Positions 60,901 to 64,000 of a DNA stretch of 64,000 nt are shown here, in pieces; the first letter of the stretch is position 1, and every line of letters begins with the position of its first letter. A program made the translations under genes and the position numbers. The stretch is taken from contig OZ116704.1 in the NCBI GenBank assembly GCA_964199315.1, positions 15,252,001-15,316,000 on the forward strand, read 5' to 3'. Under the pieces are notes generated by a model. The model was not told the DNA's origin. It saw only the letters and a program-made list of their open reading frames with translations, and ran no database searches. Origin of the DNA: Orbicella franksi (taxonomy: Eukaryota).

Positions 60901-63900
60901 TGTCCAAAAGGCCATTTCTGTCGTGCAGGATACACTCTTCCTGAGGGGTGTCCTGATGGGAGTTATCAAGATGAGGAAGGCCAGACGTACTGTAAATCAT
61001 GCCCAGCTGGATATGTCTGTCTTGCCAAGGCGACCACTTTCAATGACACTGTCTGTCCGTCTGGGAGGTATTGTCCAGTGAATACAAGTAATCCAATTCT
61101 TTGTGATGAAGGCACATTTAATGAATTAACCGGACAGGAAGAGGAACCCAACTGCGTTCTTTGCACTGCTGGGAAGTACTGTGAAGGCTCTGGCTTGAGT
61201 AAACCAACTGCAGATTGCTATGGTGGGTGGTTCTGTAAGAATGGATCCACAAAGCCAACACCTGATGGAGGTAAAGCATTTATCCGACAAGTTCATAGTG
61301 TGTTTCTCTTGTAGTGTACCTATGGGTCTACTGTTAAGTAGGACAGGTAGGCATCAGATGTCAGAGGCTCGACAATTCAGCCAGTGTATATGTGTTTTAT
61401 TTATTACACTGGGAAGCATGGTGACCTCATGGTTAGTGTGCTCAGCTTTGGATCAAGCTGTCTAGGTTCGAGCCCTGGCCAGGGACATTGTCTTGTGTTC
61501 TTGGGCAAAATACTTTACCCTCACAGTGGCTCTCTCCACCCAGGTGTACAAATGGGTAGTGGCAAATTTAATCCTGTGTGTTATCCTGGGAATTAGACAT
61601 AGCAACATTAGGAGCGTCAACTTTGTTTGTCATCATAATGTAGGTTTTGGCTTGCATCTTAGGTCTTGAATGTATTTTAACATCTGGAGATTTTTTTTCC
61701 TCTCAGCTCGCTGTCCAGTGTCGCATTATTGTCCCAATGGATCAGCACTGCCACAAGTTTGTGATCCAGGAAAGTACTGTTCACGTCCAGAGCTGTCTGA
61801 ACCAGAATTTGACTGTGAAGCGGGCTATTACTGCACATCTGGAGCAAAGGAAGCTAATCCCATGGATGGAGTGACAGGAAACATATGTCCTAATGGGACT
61901 TTCTGCCCAAGAGGAAGCGATGCACCTGAGAATTGTCCTGTTGGAACATTCTTAAACAGCACAGGGAACAGGTAAGATGGAATGATGGTTCACATTTTAT
62001 CTTTCCTCAGTGGCTTTGGCATTTTGAGAGTACTACAGTGGGATGAATGTATGACATTGTTTAGTTTTTCCAGTGTGAACGGATTTGACGATTTGTCAGA
62101 TTTCCACTGTTGTATTCCTAAGAAGTAGGGGGTCAGTACTGTTCCCAATGGTTGGTTCCTCTGTATCAAATTGGAAACCTGGCTTTTCTTTACTCCATCA
62201 TTATGCCTACGTCCTTTATTCCTACAGGAATGTGACTGACTGTATAGAGTGTACTCCAGGGTGGTACTGTGGTGGAAGTGGGCTGCCTGTTCCCACAGAC
62301 CTGTGTGCACCAGGTTACTATTGCACTGGCGGAGCAAAAGATGCCAATCAACATGAGTGTCCTCGTGGATACAAATGCCCAGAAGGCAGTCCAAATCCTG
62401 TGCCATGTGATGCAGGACAGTACCAAAATGAGACAGCACAGGCGACTTGTAGAATCTGTCCACCTGGTTTCTACTGTAATGATACTTATGGCCCAGTCAT
62501 CTCATATGGACAGTTCCTCTGCATAGAGGGTCATTACTGTCCTGAAGGTACAAGGTATGCTGAGGAGTTCAAGTGTCCTCCTGGGACCTTCAACAACAGG
62601 ACAGGCATGGATGACAAGTCAGATTGTAGGACATGTACTGGTGGCATGGTCTGTGATGAATGGGGCCTTGTGACACCATACAAGTTATGTGGTGCTGGAT
62701 ACTTTTGCCGGGAAGGTGCCAACAGTACAACGCCGAACCTTGGGGAGAAGGCAGACATTTGTCCTGCTGGTTACTACTGCCCGCAAGGTACTGGGCATTG
62801 TCCTGTGGCATTTTTACAATTGAAATTTGGAAGCTGGCTAGTTTTGTGGTCAGCCTGAAGAAAAAGTTGTCTCTGATAATGGGTATTTCCAAAACATGCA
62901 AAATATAGAATCAAGTATTGTGCACATTAGCATCAGTATAAGATTTAAATAACTTATAATGAGATTATTCCAAATCATTTAGGAAAAAACGTTTTAATTA
63001 GCGCGTCTTTGAAAGTCTGTTTTACTCATATTTTAAAGTGGTATGATTTCTTTTTCTGAGGCTACCGCTGGAGAATATGGGACATAATAATATTAAGAGA
63101 CAGTGCCATTAAAAACCACTCCGAATTCTCAAGTATCTCCTTCCAGGGCCACAGCCAGAAAAAATGTGACTGAGGCAATTTCCATGAAAAAGTTATGACT
63201 GAGGCAATAGCCATGATTAAATTCTCTTGTTGGGTATTTATTGTGTTTATGATGACTAAAAACAACAAAAACGACAGATATGATTGAGGCAAGTGCCTCA
63301 GTTTGCGTGTTACTAGCTATGGCCCTGCATTCATGTAATGTTTTTAGAAAATTGATTTTGATAACTCCTGTGACTATAACAACTTGGTAATAGCAATGGT
63401 TTTGACCTCATGTCGAGTAAGACCAGCTCATCCATGACATTGTTTTGCAGGTGTTGACAAACCCATTGATTGTCCAGCTGGTACATACAGTCCAGCAACG
63501 GGTCTTCAGGCAGACCATGAATGCTTGAATTGCACTGGTGGAGACTTCTGCAATGAAACTGCCAGGACATCAACAGCTGGACCTTGCAAACCCCGGTACT
63601 ATTGTCCACCTCGTTCAACAAGTGATGAACAATATCTATGCACAGAAGGCCGCTATTGTACTTTGGGAACTTCCATACCTTTCCCCTGTCCATCAGGAAC
63701 CTATTCAAATGGTACTGGGCTAGAAAAGCCAGAAGATTGTATCGCCTGCAGACCAGGATATTATTGTGACAGTGTGGGACTCATTGAGCCAAAGGGCCAA
63801 TGCGACGAGGGCTACTATTGCCCCGAGGGTCAAAATGTCAGCAATCCAGTCCCTTGTCCAGTTGGTCAGCACTGTCCCAAAGGAAGTGCTGAGCCACAGG

Positions 63901-64000
63901 ACTGTCCAGCAGGGAGAGTTGCTGAAAGTTCAGCATCAGCTGATTGTGCTGTGTGCCCTGAAGGCTATTACTGTCTGCCAGAACTTGTTATTCCAGGTTG
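27857..64000 (+). CDS. Giant secreted or membrane cysteine-repeat protein (ephrin-receptor-like / GCC2_GCC3-type repeats), 3' incomplete, at least 4407 aa
   Basis: 36 exons listed below sum to 13,223 nt, every splice phase is consistent and there is no internal stop. N-terminal signal peptide, then continuous CPxGxYC / CxxCxxG repeats. The gene runs off the right edge. Confidence 0.9.
28084..28204 (+). CDS. Gene 2 exon 2
   Basis: DPCDCSVCGSTCGG...CFQCPSGSF; phase 1-2. Confidence 0.85.
28448..28644 (+). mobile_element. Short bipartite RTE-like non-autonomous retroelement with 9-bp TSD
   Basis: Flanking AGCTAAAAT at 28439-28447 and 28645-28653; cctggtcctccag..ggggttgggc..ggctaa head, gaggccctatgcgcca end, (GTGAA)n tail; RTE resemblance is from memory. 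Confidence 0.55.
28888..29805. repeat. Two tandem units of about 284 bp, the second interrupted by a TIR element
   Basis: Units start tagtataaatcta at 28888 and 29172. Confidence 0.6.
29226..29633. mobile_element. TIR element of about 400 bp with internal short ccgac/gtcgg repeats
   Basis: atcttgtttactgtaggtggtgt vs reverse complement of acactacctacagtaaacatgat (21/23). Confidence 0.65.
29919..30006 (+). CDS. Gene 2 exon 3
   Basis: CPGGRNNSQPCPEGFY...GACQ; phase 2-0. Confidence 0.85.
30746..31385 (+). CDS. Gene 2 exon 4
   Basis: ECPAGFFCPDRG...CKLCPQ; phase 0-1. Confidence 0.9.
31853..31922 (+). CDS. Gene 2 exon 5
   Basis: GYQTTPSRTSCVPCAKGFYCPDP; phase 1-2. Confidence 0.85.
32138..32262 (+). 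CDS. Gene 2 exon 6
   Basis: SNPPVPCPAGMYS...PVACTG; phase 2-1. Confidence 0.85.
32523..32651 (+). CDS. Gene 2 exon 7
   Basis: ATYAEALSTTCKTCPAGYSC...YSTDS; phase 1-1. Confidence 0.85.
32867..33241 (+). CDS. Gene 2 exon 8
   Basis: MVSCAQCPNASSG...PVACTA; phase 1-1. Confidence 0.88.
33658..33829 (+). CDS. Gene 2 exon 9
   Basis: GTYSDIAATNCTTCPPG...KFCPHN; phase 1-2; absent from the ORF track. Confidence 0.88.
34692..34970 (+). CDS. Gene 2 exon 10
   Basis: DKDIELDCEPGYFS...CTACKAG; phase 2-2; absent from the ORF track. Confidence 0.88.
35030..35545. repeat. Palindromic repeat split by a SINE insertion
   Basis: Left part 35030-35064, right part 35390-35545 with inverted catactgggagaatattggccc / ggtattttcccaatatg. 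Confidence 0.6.
35065..35376 (-). mobile_element. Full-length tRNA-derived SINE, family B, with 13-bp TSD
   Basis: TSD CACAAGGGCCATA at 35052-35064 and 35377-35389; minus strand reads ggtggcctcatggttaa...ggtttgagccc...ttcttgggcaagacacttaactctcac core. Confidence 0.85.
35993..36283 (+). ncRNA. Decayed type I hammerhead-ribozyme-containing element (retrozyme-like); G12 position is A, so predicted inactive
   Basis: CTGAAGA 36031-37, stem II GTCCC/GGGAC, AAAAC in place of GAAAC, GTC at 36070-72; partial second core at 36241. Confidence 0.55.
36443..36571 (+). CDS. Gene 2 exon 11
   Basis: FYCPYTDARQEIPCDLGYYS...DQAV; phase 2-2. Confidence 0.85.
36808..38087. mobile_element. Non-autonomous hAT-like DNA transposon, 1280 bp
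   Basis: Perfect 15-bp TIR CAAGCCTGCAAATAA; 6-bp direct repeat CTTCAA on both flanks; no long ORF. Confidence 0.75.
38630..38814 (+). CDS. Gene 2 exon 12
   Basis: RNLCPNGTYSLG...QCADPA; phase 2-1. Confidence 0.88.
38946..39059 (+). CDS. Gene 2 exon 13 (ends at a GC donor)
   Basis: SPEPCPPGYYS...STTDSPPE; donor AAG|gcaagt; phase 1-1. Confidence 0.8.
39577..40401 (+). CDS. Gene 2 exon 14
   Basis: DVCLQGGWCDG...HFCPA; phase 1-1. Confidence 0.9.
40877..41185 (+). CDS. Gene 2 exon 15
   Basis: GTGAPTKFPCPPGTYS...MQCSI; phase 1-1. Confidence 0.9.
   Translation, partial: GQEHQQSFLALLELTQIALTCLMPPNVTSVLKESTVQVENQNPEVTVLQGITVQAALMWQSSFHVLMAHTILIMLKPELMNVLTALRAISVKRQQFNLCSVP
42125..42276. repeat. 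152-bp palindromic repeat
   Basis: Terminal attagtaat/attactaat plus inner acaattcaggga / tccctgaattgt inverted pair. Confidence 0.7.
42295..42380 (+). repeat. Possible decayed Penelope-like terminal fragment
   Basis: ttgttgaaatgtcagtcac resembles gtcgaaacgtcagtcac with two CpG>TpG changes; family assignment is from memory. Confidence 0.3.
42441..42770 (+). CDS. Gene 2 exon 16
   Basis: GTYMPFGFNATSG...HYCPE; phase 1-1. Confidence 0.9.
43387..43834 (+). CDS. Gene 2 exon 17
   Basis: GHPVEIPCPVGTFN...CTPG; phase 1-2. Confidence 0.9.
43876..45450. mobile_element. Unclassified insertion of about 1.6 kb filling intron 17
   Basis: CpG-rich start in a CpG-poor gene; aaccacg/cgtggtt inverted pair at the 5' end, T-run, gtgtggtt near the 3' end. 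Confidence 0.3.
45472..46106 (+). CDS. Gene 2 exon 18
   Basis: WYCDAQGLSIP...QSVPT; phase 2-1. Confidence 0.9.
46155..46176 (+). repeat. G-rich run G5-T-G16
   Basis: Direct reading. Confidence 0.8.
46529..46685 (+). CDS. Gene 2 exon 19
   Basis: GPCDAGYICFYNAT...CPEGTY; phase 1-2. Confidence 0.85.
47213..47433 (+). CDS. Gene 2 exon 20
   Basis: RKVTGGQAEDDCTLC...EKCAP; weak donor gtacag; phase 2-1. Confidence 0.8.
47904..48779 (+). CDS. Gene 2 exon 21
   Basis: GFHADVEGLATCKEC...FYCDRQ; donor gtcagt; phase 1-1. Confidence 0.88.
49042..49468. mobile_element. hAT-like MITE (427 bp) containing a 38-nt copy of exon 21 sequence
   Basis: Perfect 14-bp TIR CAGGGCAGGAAAAA; GGGCAAGT subterminal repeats; flanks GGAAG/GAAAG. 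Confidence 0.75.
49838..50418 (+). CDS. Gene 2 exon 22
   Basis: GLSNVTGPCDPGYFC...QATCK; AAG acceptor; phase 1-0. Confidence 0.85.
50687..50930 (+). CDS. Gene 2 exon 23
   Basis: VCPEGFYCDNRY...KQCDG; phase 0-1. Confidence 0.9.
51405..51897 (+). CDS. Gene 2 exon 24
   Basis: GYFCRSGASVST...GPCAE; phase 1-2. Confidence 0.9.
52273..53063 (+). CDS. Gene 2 exon 25
   Basis: RYYCPGGNRVKDP...YCPVE; phase 2-1. Confidence 0.9.
53282..53455 (+). CDS. Gene 2 exon 26
   Basis: GMPQPNLYCAAGYFC...FGNDT; donor gtctgt; phase 1-1; Cys spacing across the junction matches the other repeats. Confidence 0.8.
53681..53935 (+). CDS. Gene 2 exon 27
   Basis: AYKDVSECWNCTAG...NCTA; phase 1-1. Confidence 0.88.
54055..54195 (+). 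mobile_element. Internally deleted SINE family B copy
   Basis: ggaggcgcagtggcctcatggtt...gggttcaagccctggc...tgtgttgtgttc head, body missing. Confidence 0.65.
54272..54727 (+). CDS. Gene 2 exon 28
   Basis: GFYCSTPGQADY...YFCTI; phase 1-1. Confidence 0.9.
55323..56561 (+). CDS. Gene 2 exon 29
   Basis: GVSVDKPYIDG...YFCKT; 1239 nt; phase 1-1. Confidence 0.9.
56587..56888 (+). repeat. Hairpin-rich interspersed repeat, same family as 26318-26593
   Basis: ttattgaccaag...cttggtcaataa and gtcaagatagctgaatattgg / ccaatatccagtcatcttgac inverted pairs. Confidence 0.7.
57157..57279 (+). CDS. Gene 2 exon 30
   Basis: GAKSATPDQGSDANIC...FSNDL; phase 1-1. Confidence 0.88.
57330..57612. repeat. Interspersed repeat with hairpin 57487-57557
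   Basis: gggagaattc/gaattctccc and tgcaaaccc/gggtttgca nested stems. Confidence 0.55.
57819..58199 (+). CDS. Gene 2 exon 31
   Basis: GLHNASQCTPCTEG...LHCPT; phase 1-1; coding frame absent from the ORF track. Confidence 0.88.
58290..59200 (+). mobile_element. LINE (CR1/L2-like) ORF2 relic: APE-type endonuclease domain, disrupted
   Basis: SIFHNNVVSL, VIGVTETK, CGIFYRQHN, IMGDFNIDL, PMRVRSTSATLIDNIF and ISDH motifs; +1 frameshift near 58815 and TGA at 59068-70; no RT domain. Confidence 0.85.
59240..59504 (-). mobile_element. tRNA-derived SINE, family A (second copy)
   Basis: Reverse complement ggggagtagggatggcgcagtgttgagagtgctcacctcccaccaatg is colinear with the 15291 copy. Confidence 0.8.
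59753..60166 (+). CDS. Gene 2 exon 32
   Basis: GSATPKDCPSGTF...LGLHT; phase 1-1. Confidence 0.88.
60426..60729. repeat. Double-hairpin palindromic repeat
   Basis: tttataccatgccatggaaaatac / gtattttctatggcatggtataaa; perfect 16-bp stem 60628-43 / 60656-71. Confidence 0.75.
60887..61270 (+). CDS. Gene 2 exon 33
   Basis: GFGGVCPKGHFC...PTPDG; phase 1-1. Confidence 0.88.
61411..61570 (+). mobile_element. 3'-truncated SINE family B copy
   Basis: ggtgacctcatggttag...ggttcgagccctggcc...ttcttgggcaaaatacttt...ctctccacccagg. Confidence 0.75.
61707..61971 (+). CDS. Gene 2 exon 34
   Basis: ARCPVSHYCPNGS...STGN; phase 1-2. Confidence 0.9.
62228..62787 (+). CDS. Gene 2 exon 35
   Basis: RNVTDCIEC...YYCPQ; donor gtactg; phase 2-1. 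Confidence 0.85.
63144..63327. mobile_element. hAT-like MITE (184 bp)
   Basis: TIR cagggccacagccag vs cagggccatagctag (13/15); tgactgaggcaa subterminal repeats; flanks CCTTC/CATTC. Confidence 0.7.
63451..64000 (+). CDS. Gene 2 exon 36 (end uncertain, window edge)
   Basis: GVDKPIDCPAGTYS...YYCLPELVIPG; open to the edge, or ends at a possible donor at 63997. Confidence 0.85.

Noticed and set aside
30702-63723. Many alternative-frame and antisense ORFs overlapping gene 2 exons (e.g. 30798-31397, 39577-39846, 55373-55816)
   Set aside because: They are shadows of the repetitive Cys/Pro/Gly codon pattern, with no domain signature or splice support

Overview
This is eukaryotic genomic DNA, most likely from a stony coral or other anthozoan (inferred from repeat families and gene style). 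The ORF track is misleading because both genes are spliced, so I rebuilt them by hand from splice sites and checked every exon phase. Gene 1 (+ strand, 4888-24304, 11 coding exons, about 1465 aa) is a turtle/IGSF9-family receptor: signal peptide, 5 Ig, 2 FN3, TM and a long Ser-rich tail. As written it carries a +1 frameshift in a G6 run in the Ig2 exon. Gene 2 (+ strand, 27857 to beyond 64000) has 36 phase-consistent exons, 13,223 coding nt and at least 4,407 aa. It encodes a giant signal-peptide-bearing protein made almost entirely of CPxGxYC (ephrin-receptor-like / GCC2_GCC3-type) cysteine repeats, with a hidden super-repeat of about 690 aa, one GC-AG intron and a consensus RFX X-box upstream. 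Introns hold many SINEs, MITEs, a LINE endonuclease relic and palindromic repeats. The best leads are the giant, possibly ciliary Cys-repeat protein; a decayed hammerhead-ribozyme element at 36.0-36.3 kb; a MITE carrying a copy of the neighbouring exon; a sharp CpG-depletion boundary with an internal repeat control; and a long hairpin in the probable 3' UTR of gene 1. No rRNA, true tRNA or CRISPR array was seen. All counts and alignments were done by eye; no database searches were run.
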